Position numbers and translations under genes: made by a program
NCBI GenBank assembly: GCA_947629075.1
Contig: CANRCI010000002.1
Location: 1 to 38,369, forward strand
Length of the DNA stretch: 38,369 bases
Direction: 5' to 3'
Source of the DNA: an uncultured Bacilli bacterium
GTDB taxonomy: Bacteria > Bacillota_I > Bacilli_A > RF39 > UBA660
Notes under the pieces: generated by a model
Database searches by the model: none
Seen by the model: the letters and a program-made list of their open reading frames with translations, nothing else
What the model was told of the DNA's origin: nothing
In this document: one piece after another, positions 10,068-18,502 of the stretch
Numbering within the stretch: the first letter of the stretch is position 1
Layout: each line of letters begins with the position of its first letter

Positions 10068-10925
10068 ATGAATATTTCCCTAAAGAACATATCCGAAAAA
10101 AATATATTCATCCGCTACCTCATCTTAATTTTTACTCAGTTTTTGGCAGCCATTAATTATAATTTGTTTTTAAATCCTTTTAAGATTGTATCCGGTGGAA
10201 CTAATGGTATATCGATTATTACTGAGCAGATGTTTGGGTGGTCACCGTCTATATTTATTCTGCTATTTTCCGTAGCTATTTTTATCATCAGTCTATTTGC
10301 TTTGGGAATCGAGAAAACTTCCAGTGCTCTAGTGGCGACTTTTGTCTATCCGATATTCGTCGAAATTACGGCTGGACTTTCATCACTTTCCGATCTTGCT
10401 ACAGCTGACCGTATCTTAGTTAGCTTAATCGCCGGAATAATCAGTGGAGCAGTCGGTGGTATCGTTTGTAAAATCGGTCTTAGTCAGGGTGGTGTCAGTC
10501 AGATATCCCAAGTAATCGAAGAAAAGTTTAAAGTTTCAGTTACCAAAGTAAACTTCACTTTAAATATGATTGTCGTTTTATTCGGAGCTTATCTATTTGG
10601 AATTGCCAATATGATGTACGCTTTGATAATGCTTTATACGATGAGTTTAGTTATGGACAAAGTATTGCTCGGAATATCTAGTAATAAATGTCTATACATA
10701 ATTACTTCTTGTGAAGAAGAAGTCAAAGATTACATTGTAAAAGAATTAGGACATGGTGTAACTATCTTTAATGTCAAAGGTGGCTTTAAAGATCGAAGAG
10801 AAAAAATAATTATGACTGTTATACCAACTAATGAATACTTTAGAGCTGTAGAAATAATTCGTGAATTTGATGAGAAGGCCTTTTTAGTAGTTACAGATTC
10901 TTATGAAGTAAAAGGTGGAGCGTAA
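10068..10925 (+). CDS. YitT family membrane protein, paralog 2
   Basis: Same architecture as paralog 1 (GLSQGGVSQI; NEYFRAVEIIREFDEKAFLVVTDSYEVKGG). ATG 10068 lies 7 nt after GGTGGTGA; the track's GTG at 10056 overlaps paralog 1. Confidence 0.8.
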   Translation: MNISLKNISEKNIFIRYLILIFTQFLAAINYNLFLNPFKIVSGGTNGISIITEQMFGWSPSIFILLFSVAIFIISLFALGIEKTSSALVATFVYPIFVEITAGLSSLSDLATADRILVSLIAGIISGAVGGIVCKIGLSQGGVSQISQVIEEKFKVSVTKVNFTLNMIVVLFGAYLFGIANMMYALIMLYTMSLVMDKVLLGISSNKCLYIITSCEEEVKDYIVKELGHGVTIFNVKGGFKDRREKIIMTVIPTNEYFRAVEIIREFDEKAFLVVTDSYEVKGGA

Positions 10926-11000
10926 AGCCCATTATTTTACATAGTTAATATGTAAAATGTATGGTATAATGTTGTATATAGTAGTAAAGGTGGTGACTTG

Positions 11001-11699
11001 ATGGAGTTAATTAACATAAAAAGTGTTAATGTTCGTTATAAAAACGGAGTTAATGCTATATATGATTTATCTTTAAAGATTAAAAAAGGAGACTTTGTTT
11101 TTGTCATTGGTGGTTCAGGATGTGGAAAGTCTACTTTTATTAAAATGTTATATAGAGAAATTAAACCTAATAGTGGTGAAATAATTCTAGGTGGATTGAA
11201 CGTTGCGAAGCTTAGAAATAGTAAAGTTTACAAACTTAGAAGAAAGTTAGGAATAGTATTCCAAGATTATCGTCTATTACCTAAACTTACTGTTTATGAA
11301 AACGTTGCTTTTGCACTAGAGGTAATCGGTGCTAAAAAGAGTGAAATACAAGTTAAAACATTAAAAGCCATTGAATTAGTTGGACTTAAATCAAAGACGA
11401 GAATGTATCCCGATCAGTTGTCTGGTGGTGAACAACAGAGAGTAGCCATTGCTCGTGCTATAGTAAACAATCCAAAACTACTTCTTTGTGATGAGCCGAC
11501 AGGAAACTTGGATCCAGAAAAAAGTATGGAAATTATGAAAATTCTTGACAATATCAATAAGACGATTGGTACAACTATAATAATGGCTACCCATGATAAA
11601 GAAATTGTTAATAAGATGAAGAAACGTGTTATCGTGTTGAAAGATGGACATTTAGTAAAAGATTATGAGAAAGGAAAATACGATGATGAAATTGCTTAG
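11001..11699 (+). CDS. ftsE: Cell division ABC ATPase FtsE
   Basis: Walker [10 protein letters not shown], signature LSGGEQQR, Walker [13 protein letters not shown]. About 230 aa, immediately upstream of ftsX. ATG 11001 lies 5 nt after AAAGGTGGTG (TTG 10998 is also possible). Confidence 0.9.
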   Translation: MELINIKSVNVRYKNGVNAIYDLSLKIKKGDFVFVIGGSGCGKSTFIKMLYREIKPNSGEIILGGLNVAKLRNSKVYKLRRKLGIVFQDYRLLPKLTVYENVAFALEVIGAKKSEIQVKTLKAIELVGLKSKTRMYPDQLSGGEQQRVAIARAIVNNPKLLLCDEPTGNLDPEKSMEIMKILDNINKTIGTTIIMATHDKEIVNKMKKRVIVLKDGHLVKDYEKGKYDDEIA

Positions 11700-12585
11700 A
11701 ATGTTAGGTCGAGGTATAAGAGATGCCTCAAAGAGTGTAATAAGAAATTTTTCTTTATCGATGGCTTCCATTTCTTGTATATCAATAACGTTAATGGTTG
11801 TTGCCCTTGCTCTAGTGGTATCATTAAACGTCGATAACTTTACTAATATGATCGAAAGCGATGTTACAATGGTCATCTTTCTAGAGGGAAATGCAACTAC
11901 TGAAGATGTCGATAAAGTAAGTGATGAATTAGAAAAGATTAAAAACATTGAATCAATAACTTTTAAATCGAAGAAAGAACAACAAGAAGAAATGATGAAA
12001 GAAGACGAAGTATTCGAGACGATTATGAGCGACTGGGATGAAGATGAGTCATCACTAAGAGATAGCTTTTTAGTAAAAGTAGTCGATTTGGAAAAAATTG
12101 AAGATACTGCTAAAAAAGTTAAGAAAATTGATAAAATCGATAACGTCAACTATGGTGAAGAAATGGTCGATAGATTATTAGGAGCTTTCGACTTAGTTAA
12201 AAAAATAACGATTGCGATGGTTGTAACCCTAATAATAGTAACAATCTTCTTAATTATCAATACTATTAAATTGACGATTTTCTCGAGAAAGAGAGAGATA
12301 TCAATTATGCGATTAGTTGGAGCTTCGAATGCGACGATTAAATTGCCATTTGTCATAGAAGGAATGATTATCGGAGCCATTGGTTCAGTAGTTCCTATTC
12401 TATTAGTTATCTATGGTTATGTAGCTATGTATAATCATTTAGGAGGTATTATTTTCTCTAATTTAATTAAACTTATTACTCCAGAACCGTTTGTTTACAT
12501 CATATCACTAGTAGTACTAATTACTGGTATTATAGTTGGTATGTTGGGTAGTGCTAGGGCAGTAAGGAAATATTTAAAAGTATGA
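11683..12585 (+). CDS. ftsX: Cell division permease-like protein FtsX
   Basis: Four-TM FtsX topology with a large extracellular loop between TM1 and TM2; RKREISIMRLVGASN motif. Overlaps the ftsE end. Start ambiguous (11665, 11683 or 11686). Confidence 0.85.
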   Translation: MMKLLRMLGRGIRDASKSVIRNFSLSMASISCISITLMVVALALVVSLNVDNFTNMIESDVTMVIFLEGNATTEDVDKVSDELEKIKNIESITFKSKKEQQEEMMKEDEVFETIMSDWDEDESSLRDSFLVKVVDLEKIEDTAKKVKKIDKIDNVNYGEEMVDRLLGAFDLVKKITIAMVVTLIIVTIFLIINTIKLTIFSRKREISIMRLVGASNATIKLPFVIEGMIIGAIGSVVPILLVIYGYVAMYNHLGGIIFSNLIKLITPEPFVYIISLVVLITGIIVGMLGSARAVRKYLKV

Positions 12586-13775
12586 GAAAATTGTTAACGA
12601 TAATTCTTGCTCTTCTACTTTGTGTGTCGATAGTCCCTAGCCAAGTCGATGCCATTACTTTAGCAGAGTACGAGAAGAAATTAAAAGAATATAAAGATCA
12701 ACAAGCCGAAAATCAAGCTTCCATTAATCAAACCCAAGGACAGATCAATTCAGCTAATGCCAATATCAATGGAATAAAAAAAGAATTGGTCAATATGGGT
12801 AAAGAAATTGAAAAACTAGAAAAAGATGTCGTTAAATATAAAGAAGAAATTGAAAAGAAAGATGCAGAAATAAAAAAATTAGTAGAATATCTACAATTAT
12901 CAGGTGGCGAAAATGTATATTTAGAATACGCTTTTGGAGCTGATAATATTACTGATTTAATCTATCGTATGTCGATAGTAGAACAGATGACTAAAAAGAA
13001 TGACGATATGATTAAAGAACTAAAAGATTTAATTCAAAAAAGTAATGATCGCGAGAAAGAAATTAATACTAAAGAAAAAGAATTAAGTGTTAAACAAGAT
13101 GAATTATCTGATAAAGTACAAGCTCTAGGTGAAGAAAAAGAATCTTTACAGACAGGTGGAGTTAGTATTGCTCAACAAGTTAAGATATATCAGACACAAG
13201 TTGATACCTATAAGAAGTTAGGTTGTAAATCTAGTGATCGAATAGGAATCGATTGTGCTAAAAATGGTGAAGCTGGTATATTTAGACGTCCTACTAAATC
13301 GGGATATATTACTAGTGAATACGGATATCGTTGGGGAAAACTTCACCGAGCAGTCGATGTTGGTAATAAAAATCCTTATAGTACTAAAATATATCCAGTA
13401 GCAAACGGAAGAATTACTTCCATTCACCACGATTTATATGGAGCTTTAGTAGTACTAATTGAACACAATAAGAATGGTAAAATTTATACTTCTAACTATG
13501 CCCATCTTAGTAAATATTCTCCTAATATATATGTAGGAAAATACATTACTTCAGATGAATATATCGGTTATATGGGAGCAACGGGATATGTTACTGGACC
13601 ACACCTACATCTTGAGATATATCCATGTCGACTTTATAATGTTAACGATAAGAATTGTAGTACTTGGAGTAAATATGTCAATTATGCAGCTAAACTTACC
13701 AAGAATGGTTATAAAGGACCTAGATCTTTGATCAATTTCCCTAAAGGACTATATAATAGTTGGTCAACTAGATAA
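12582..13775 (+). CDS. Secreted coiled-coil / M23 (LytM-type) peptidoglycan metalloendopeptidase
   Basis: Signal peptide (LLCVSIVPSQVDA), a coiled-coil-prone stretch of about 190 aa, and an M23 domain with HRAVDVG (HxxxD) and GPHLHLEIY (HxH). ATGA overlap with ftsX. Confidence 0.85.
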   Translation: MRKLLTIILALLLCVSIVPSQVDAITLAEYEKKLKEYKDQQAENQASINQTQGQINSANANINGIKKELVNMGKEIEKLEKDVVKYKEEIEKKDAEIKKLVEYLQLSGGENVYLEYAFGADNITDLIYRMSIVEQMTKKNDDMIKELKDLIQKSNDREKEINTKEKELSVKQDELSDKVQALGEEKESLQTGGVSIAQQVKIYQTQVDTYKKLGCKSSDRIGIDCAKNGEAGIFRRPTKSGYITSEYGYRWGKLHRAVDVGNKNPYSTKIYPVANGRITSIHHDLYGALVVLIEHNKNGKIYTSNYAHLSKYSPNIYVGKYITSDEYIGYMGATGYVTGPHLHLEIYPCRLYNVNDKNCSTWSKYVNYAAKLTKNGYKGPRSLINFPKGLYNSWSTR

Positions 13776-13778
13776 GAG

Positions 13779-13805
13779 AAATCCACAATATTTGTGGATT
13801 TTTTA
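13779..13805 (+). terminator. Intrinsic terminator
   Basis: AAATCCACAA-TAT-TTGTGGATTT plus T-run. Confidence 0.8.
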
Positions 13806-13834
13806 TTGATTATTTAATAGCTGTGACATATAAT
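13806..13834 (+). promoter_or_regulatory. Sigma-A-type promoter for nfeD-SPFH operon
   Basis: TTGATT (13806-13811), 17-nt spacer, TATAAT (13829-13834). Confidence 0.6.
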
Positions 13835-13854
13835 GAAAGTGAATAGAGGTGAAT

Positions 13855-13895
13855 GTGCGAAAAAATTGGTTTATTACTAGTTTTTCGCATTTTTT
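13855..13895 (+). promoter_or_regulatory. Leader stem-loop with U-tract (possible attenuator) upstream of nfeD
   Basis: (G)TGCGAAAAA pairs with TTTTTCGCA(T) across a 16-nt loop, then TTTTTT. It lies between the promoter and the nfeD RBS. Confidence 0.4.
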
Positions 13896-13910
13896 ATTGA
13901 GGTGATGTAT

Positions 13911-14339
13911 ATGTCTATGACGTGGTTAATGATATGTCTATTTTTAGTGTTTTTTGAATTGATTACTATTAATTTAGTTAGTATTTGGTTTGCTATTGGA
14001 GCTCTTTTAGCATCATTAGTTGCTATCTTTATCGATGATGTCGTCATTCAATCAATCGTATTTGTAATTTCGAGTATTATAGCCTTTTTCTTAGTAAAAC
14101 CATTTGCTAAAAAGTTTGTTAACAGTAATGTTGAAAGAACTAATTTAGATAGAGTAATTGGTAAAATTGGTATTGTTACTGAAGATATAAATAAACTAGA
14201 ACCTGGTGAAGTAAAAGTAGATGGTAAGAGATGGACGGGAACTAGTGATAAAAAGATACCTAAGGGTAGTAAAGTAGAAATACTTGCTATAGATGGAGTT
14301 AAACTCCGAGTTAAGAAAGTAGAGGAGGAAAAAGATTAA
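13911..14339 (+). CDS. NfeD family membrane protein
   Basis: Hydrophobic N-terminus plus a C-terminal OB-like domain (GEVKVDGKRWTGTSDKKIPKGSKVEILAIDGVKLRVKK). ATG 13911 lies 6 nt after GAGGTG. TAATG overlap with the SPFH gene. Confidence 0.8.
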   Translation: MSMTWLMICLFLVFFELITINLVSIWFAIGALLASLVAIFIDDVVIQSIVFVISSIIAFFLVKPFAKKFVNSNVERTNLDRVIGKIGIVTEDINKLEPGEVKVDGKRWTGTSDKKIPKGSKVEILAIDGVKLRVKKVEEEKD

Positions 14340-15226
14340 TGTTTTGGATTATTTTAATTGTTTTATTAGTAATTGTGGCAACTGGAGTAAAAATTGTACC
14401 ACAATCACGTGCACTTGTAGTGGAGAGATTAGGTGCTTATCATCGAACTGTTCAAACAGGATTGCACTACGTAGTTCCATTTGTGGAAAGAGTAGCAGCT
14501 AATGTCAGTCTAAAAGAAATAGTACAGGATTTCCCACCACAACCAGTTATTACCGAAGATAATGTTACGATGCAAATCGATACAGTAGTTTACTTTTCTA
14601 TTACTGATCCTAAACTATATTGTTATGGAGTAGAAAATCCTATAAACGCTATTGAGAATTTAACAGCAACTACACTTCGTAATATCATTGGTGATTTGGA
14701 ATTAGATGAAACTTTAACATCACGTGATATTATCAATTCTAAGATGAGAGCCATTCTTGATGAAGCAACTGATCCATGGGGAATTAAAGTAACTCGTGTT
14801 GAAGTTAAAAATATTATTCCACCACGTGATATCCAAGAGACAATGGAAAAACAAATGCGAGCAGAACGTGAAAGACGTGAAGCTATCCTTAAAGCTGAAG
14901 GAGAAAAGAAGGCCGCTATTTTATTAGCAGAAGGTGAAAAAGAAAGTGCTATTCTTCGAGCAGATGCTAAGAAAGAAGCTCAAATTCGTGAAGCTGAAGG
15001 TGAAGCTCTAGCTATTATTAAAGTTCAAGAAGCTAATGCTGCAGGTATTAAAATGATTCGTGAAGCCAACGCTGATGACGCTTACTTAAAATTAAAAAGT
15101 TATGAAGCAATGGAACACGTAGCCAATGGTCAAGCAACTAAAATTATTATTCCATCAGAATTACAAAACCTAGCTACAATTGGAACAGTATTTAGTGAAA
15201 TGACTGATAAAAAATCAAAAAAATAA
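14339..15226 (+). CDS. SPFH/band 7 (stomatin-like) protein
   Basis: N-terminal TM, then IVPQSRALVVERLGAYHRTVQTGLHYVVPFVE, TEDNVTMQIDTVVYF and an EA-rich coiled C-terminus. Canonical NfeD-SPFH pairing. Confidence 0.9.
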   Translation: MFWIILIVLLVIVATGVKIVPQSRALVVERLGAYHRTVQTGLHYVVPFVERVAANVSLKEIVQDFPPQPVITEDNVTMQIDTVVYFSITDPKLYCYGVENPINAIENLTATTLRNIIGDLELDETLTSRDIINSKMRAILDEATDPWGIKVTRVEVKNIIPPRDIQETMEKQMRAERERREAILKAEGEKKAAILLAEGEKESAILRADAKKEAQIREAEGEALAIIKVQEANAAGIKMIREANADDAYLKLKSYEAMEHVANGQATKIIIPSELQNLATIGTVFSEMTDKKSKK

Positions 15227-15236
15227 TAAAATTTTT

Positions 15237-15260
15237 ATCCACAGTAACTGTGGATTTTTT
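15237..15260 (+). terminator. Intrinsic terminator
   Basis: ATCCACAG-TAA-CTGTGGAT plus TTTTTT. Confidence 0.8.
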
Positions 15261-15261
15261 A

Positions 15262-15290
15262 TTGACTTAAGTAGTATAAAAAACTATAAT
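15262..15290 (+). promoter_or_regulatory. Sigma-A-type promoter for glycosyltransferase gene
   Basis: TTGACT (15262-15267), 17-nt spacer, TATAAT (15285-15290). Confidence 0.65.
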
Positions 15291-15320
15291 AGTTAATACT
15301 TTGTAAAAAGGGGGAGTTAT

Positions 15321-16364
15321 ATGAAAGTCAGTATTATTGTTCCAATTTATAATAAAATTCAGTATTTACCCCAATTTTTTGAAAGCGTTTATAGCCAAGA
15401 TTATAAAGATATCGAACTAATTCTTGTCGATAATAATTCTTCTGATGGTAGTTTAGAGTTAATTAGAGAATTAGAGAAAAAATATTCTTTTGTTAAAGTT
15501 TATCAGGAAAAAGATCAATGTACCAATTGTGCTAGACTTAATGGCTTTTTACATGCGACTGGAGATTATATCTTTTTTGCTGATCCCGATGACTTATTAG
15601 TAAAAGATGGGTTATCTAGTTTAGTAAAATGTGCCGAAGAGAAAGATGCTGATATTGTCTGTGGTAATCACTATATTAATTATGGTAACAGAACTTTTTT
15701 AAAAAGCGGATTAGATGAATATAGTGAAGATGAGAATTTAGCTTTTAATGGCGATTATCTTTTATACTTTCCAGCTCTTTGGAATAAGTTGTTTAAAAGA
15801 AGTGTTTTAGAGAAAGATGATTTTGTCTTCGTCAATCACTGTGAAGACCAAGTTGTAGGTATTTTAACTTTTCTAAGGTCGGAAAAAGTTTTCCATATCG
15901 ATAAACCGGTTTACAATTACTTTAAAAATCCTGATAGCATTTCCAATATCAAGAAGAAAAAACGTAATTACGACTGGGTTTTTCATAAAGCAACTGCGCT
16001 TAGATATCTAGAGCCTAGAGCAAAGACTTACCCAAAATATGAGAAAGTTAAAGAACAATTCGAATATCGTTTAATGAAAGAAATATTAACTTTAATTGCC
16101 GGTATTTATAATCAGGAAACAGAAGAAGAAAAAATAGCGATGACAGAAAGTATCAGAGAATATTTCTGTCAAAACGATTATCAAAACAATAAATACTTAA
16201 ATAAAGATATTATCTATAAAAATTTAGGTCTCGTTTTAAACTCAAAGTTTAATAAAATTTTTTCTACTAAGACGTTTGGTAATATTTTAGTAGATTTCAA
16301 AGATAAAGCTAATTGCACGACTGATTATGTAAAATATATTAAGAAGAAGCGAAAAAACAAATAA
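15321..16364 (+). CDS. Family 2 glycosyltransferase
   Basis: VSIIVPIYNKIQYLPQFFESVYSQDYKDIELILVDNNSSDGS and FFADPDD (DxD) are typical of the GT2 N-terminal domain. RBS AGGGGGAG. Confidence 0.85.
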   Translation: MKVSIIVPIYNKIQYLPQFFESVYSQDYKDIELILVDNNSSDGSLELIRELEKKYSFVKVYQEKDQCTNCARLNGFLHATGDYIFFADPDDLLVKDGLSSLVKCAEEKDADIVCGNHYINYGNRTFLKSGLDEYSEDENLAFNGDYLLYFPALWNKLFKRSVLEKDDFVFVNHCEDQVVGILTFLRSEKVFHIDKPVYNYFKNPDSISNIKKKKRNYDWVFHKATALRYLEPRAKTYPKYEKVKEQFEYRLMKEILTLIAGIYNQETEEEKIAMTESIREYFCQNDYQNNKYLNKDIIYKNLGLVLNSKFNKIFSTKTFGNILVDFKDKANCTTDYVKYIKKKRKNK

Positions 16365-16472
16365 CCAGTTTCATGGGCTATTGATATAGAAAAATAGGCT
16401 TATATATGTTAAAATGTAGTTGTATAGAGAATGGTATTTTATAGTATGTAGTAGTGTAGAGTTGGGTTTTGC

Positions 16473-16500
16473 TTGATTTTTTGAAAAAAACATGTATAAT
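16473..16500 (+). promoter_or_regulatory. Sigma-A-type promoter for the surface-fibre locus
   Basis: TTGATT (16473-16478), 16-nt spacer, TATAAT (16495-16500), about 35 nt upstream of the first gene. Confidence 0.55.
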
Positions 16501-16535
16501 ATAGGCAAATTTAAATTCTATGCGTAGGGAAGCGA

Positions 16536-18482
16536 GTGATTTTTGTGAATGAAAAAGAAAAAAAGAGAAAGAGAAAAATAAAAATTTTCTTTGCTAGTGC
16601 AGCAGTATTTGTTTTAGGTGTTGTGGGATATCAAATTAATAAGTCACCGGATCACGATTTAAATAGCGGAAAAGTAACAGTAGTAGTTCCGGATACTCCA
16701 AATAAGGATGTCGAAGATACTCACGAAGGTGATATGACAACGACAACAACTACTGAAGAAGCTGAAGACTTTGTAATCGATCAAGTTACTGAATCAGCCG
16801 ATAGTATAATTGGTGATATTTCATCAGTAGTCGATGCGGTCGACGATAAAAATATTACGGGTAAAGATCAAGAAACTAGTCAGGGTCAAGTAGCAGTTAA
16901 TCCAACTACTCCTAGTAAGCCTAGTACTCCAAGTAAACCTACTAAACCTAGTAAACCAAGTGAACCAGATACTCCAGTTAAACCAGAAATTCATGTTCAC
17001 GTTTATAGTGATTTACTAAATTATGACGACGATGTCGAATATATAAAATGTAATGGCTGCGATTTAATTATCACGAGAGCTCATAAACTTGGTGATAAAG
17101 TTTACGATAAAGAGAATCAAGAGTTAGTAGAAAAATGTGAAAACCCAGATTGTACTTACGAAATACGTACAACTCACAAATATCATCAAACTTTGAATTT
17201 TAAATCGGCAAGTGATAAAGGTGAAGAGTATGAGTGTGATGAATGTGGTGAAATAATAACTAAAGCTCATACTTACGGTGAAGTACATTACGATAAAGTA
17301 ACCCATGAAGCAATTCAGGATTGTGAGAATGAAGAATGTGGTTACGAACATCGCGAACTACACAAAGATCACGTTAGTACAACATTTAAATCAGCTGATA
17401 AAGAAAAAGAGATTTGGGAATGTGATGACTGTGGTGCCGAAATCGATAAAGACCATGTCTACGGTGCAGTTCACTACGACAAAGTAACGCACGAAGAAAT
17501 CAAAGATTGTGAAAATGAAGATTGTGGTTACGAACATCGTGAATTACATCAAAACCACACTAAGGCAACCCTTCAGTCACATACATCTGAAAAAGAGACT
17601 TGGAAATGTGATGATTGTGATGCAGAATTTGATAAAGCTCATGTCTATGGAAATGTGCATTACGATAAAGGTACGCATGAGGAAATTAAAACTTGTCAAA
17701 CTCCAGGATGTGGCGAAGAAGTTCGTACTGAACACCAAAACCACGTAAATGCTACATTTAAATCAAACGATAATTTAAAAGAAACTTGGGAATGTGACGA
17801 CTGTGGAGCAGAGTTTGAAAAAAGCCATGTTGTTGGAGCAGTTGAGATTGAAGAAGGAACATTTGACTGGGTTCAAAAATGTGAGACTCCAGAATGTACT
17901 TACGAAATCAGAGATCCACATGAAAATCATCACAACTATAAGATAGCTTCAAATGATGAAACTCATGAACATTGGGAATGTGAAGATTGCCATGATACAT
18001 TTGAAAAAGAACACGTCTTTAATGTAGGTGTAGAACAACCAGATGGAACACTTCTACAATCTTGTCAAAATGACGGTTGTGACTATCAGAGATATTGGCA
18101 TAACCATGTAGTTGGAAATGAAGAAAAAGTATTCTATAAACACGATGGTATCTATGATGAAAAAAAATGTTACACAATTATCTACAAATGTAGAATTTGT
18201 AACGAAGAAGTAAGAAGAGTAGATTACAACCACGATTTTGAAGAATATGCTGAATTTGGAATCAAGGTTTGTAAGAATGCTGGATGTGGTTATGAAGTAG
18301 AATATGAACCAATAAATGAAGTAAACGGAGTTAAAATAACTCAAGCACCAGCTGCAGCATTCGATACAACGGGATTAACTACCGAAACTTATGAAGCACC
18401 AACTTTGGAAGAATTTGAAAAAGAAGAAGAAGAAAAAGGGAAGGTATTATCATTATTACCTACTAAAAAAGAAGAATTTTAG
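16536..18482 (+). CDS. Membrane-anchored protein with acidic/Thr-rich and PT-rich linkers and seven Cys4/His-rich repeats (no family recognised)
   Basis: K/R-rich N-terminus plus one TM (IFFASAAVFVLGVVGY), linker PTTPSKPSTPSKPTKPSKPSEPDTPVKPE, then repeats of the form W-E-C-D-D-C-G-x24-C-E-N-x2-C-G-Y-E-H-R-E-L-H. Non-ATG start (GTG 16536 or 16545), uncertain. Confidence 0.7.
   Translation: MIFVNEKEKKRKRKIKIFFASAAVFVLGVVGYQINKSPDHDLNSGKVTVVVPDTPNKDVEDTHEGDMTTTTTTEEAEDFVIDQVTESADSIIGDISSVVDAVDDKNITGKDQETSQGQVAVNPTTPSKPSTPSKPTKPSKPSEPDTPVKPEIHVHVYSDLLNYDDDVEYIKCNGCDLIITRAHKLGDKVYDKENQELVEKCENPDCTYEIRTTHKYHQTLNFKSASDKGEEYECDECGEIITKAHTYGEVHYDKVTHEAIQDCENEECGYEHRELHKDHVSTTFKSADKEKEIWECDDCGAEIDKDHVYGAVHYDKVTHEEIKDCENEDCGYEHRELHQNHTKATLQSHTSEKETWKCDDCDAEFDKAHVYGNVHYDKGTHEEIKTCQTPGCGEEVRTEHQNHVNATFKSNDNLKETWECDDCGAEFEKSHVVGAVEIEEGTFDWVQKCETPECTYEIRDPHENHHNYKIASNDETHEHWECEDCHDTFEKEHVFNVGVEQPDGTLLQSCQNDGCDYQRYWHNHVVGNEEKVFYKHDGIYDEKKCYTIIYKCRICNEEVRRVDYNHDFEEYAEFGIKVCKNAGCGYEVEYEPINEVNGVKITQAPAAAFDTTGLTTETYEAPTLEEFEKEEEEKGKVLSLLPTKKEEF
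17043..18310 (+). repeat. In-frame tandem coding repeat, 186-nt (62-codon) period, 7 copies
   Basis: The first Cys codon of each CxxC is at 17049, 17235, 17421, 17607, 17793 and 17979 (exactly 186 nt apart), then 18189. Copies 2 and 3 are also clearly similar at nucleotide level. Confidence 0.9.
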
Positions 18483-18502
18483 AATGAAATGGGGAATAAA
18501 AA

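Noticed and set aside
10935-10957. Perfect 9-bp palindrome TTTTACATA-N5-TATGTAAAA upstream of ftsE as a terminator or operator
   Set aside because: It has no U-tract and sits where a -35 would be for the TATAAT at 10965-10970. It could be an operator, but AT-rich palindromes of this size are common in such DNA, so I did not call it.
11652-12149. 165-aa minus-strand ORF, together with the many 60-96-aa minus-strand ORFs in the track (e.g. 780-1052, 1351-1742, 3555-3764, 6329-7162, 7502-7936, 12150-12380, 13218-13430, 17124-17351, 18054-18344, 21110-21331, 23265-23665, 25715-25957, 28034-28240)
   Set aside because: All lie antisense within well-supported + strand genes. They have low-complexity Ser/Ile/Phe/Leu-rich translations typical of AT-rich shadow frames, and I saw no RBS or family resemblance.
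17305-17748. Two + strand ORFs (17305-17487, 17509-17748) inside the Cys4-repeat gene
   Set aside because: They are alternative-frame readings of the 186-nt repeat. They recur because the repeat recurs, and they have no RBS.
18440-18482. LPTKK near the C-terminus of the Cys4-repeat protein as a sortase LPXTG signal
   Set aside because: It has no Gly at position 5, and no following hydrophobic segment or positively charged tail. The protein ends 5 residues later.
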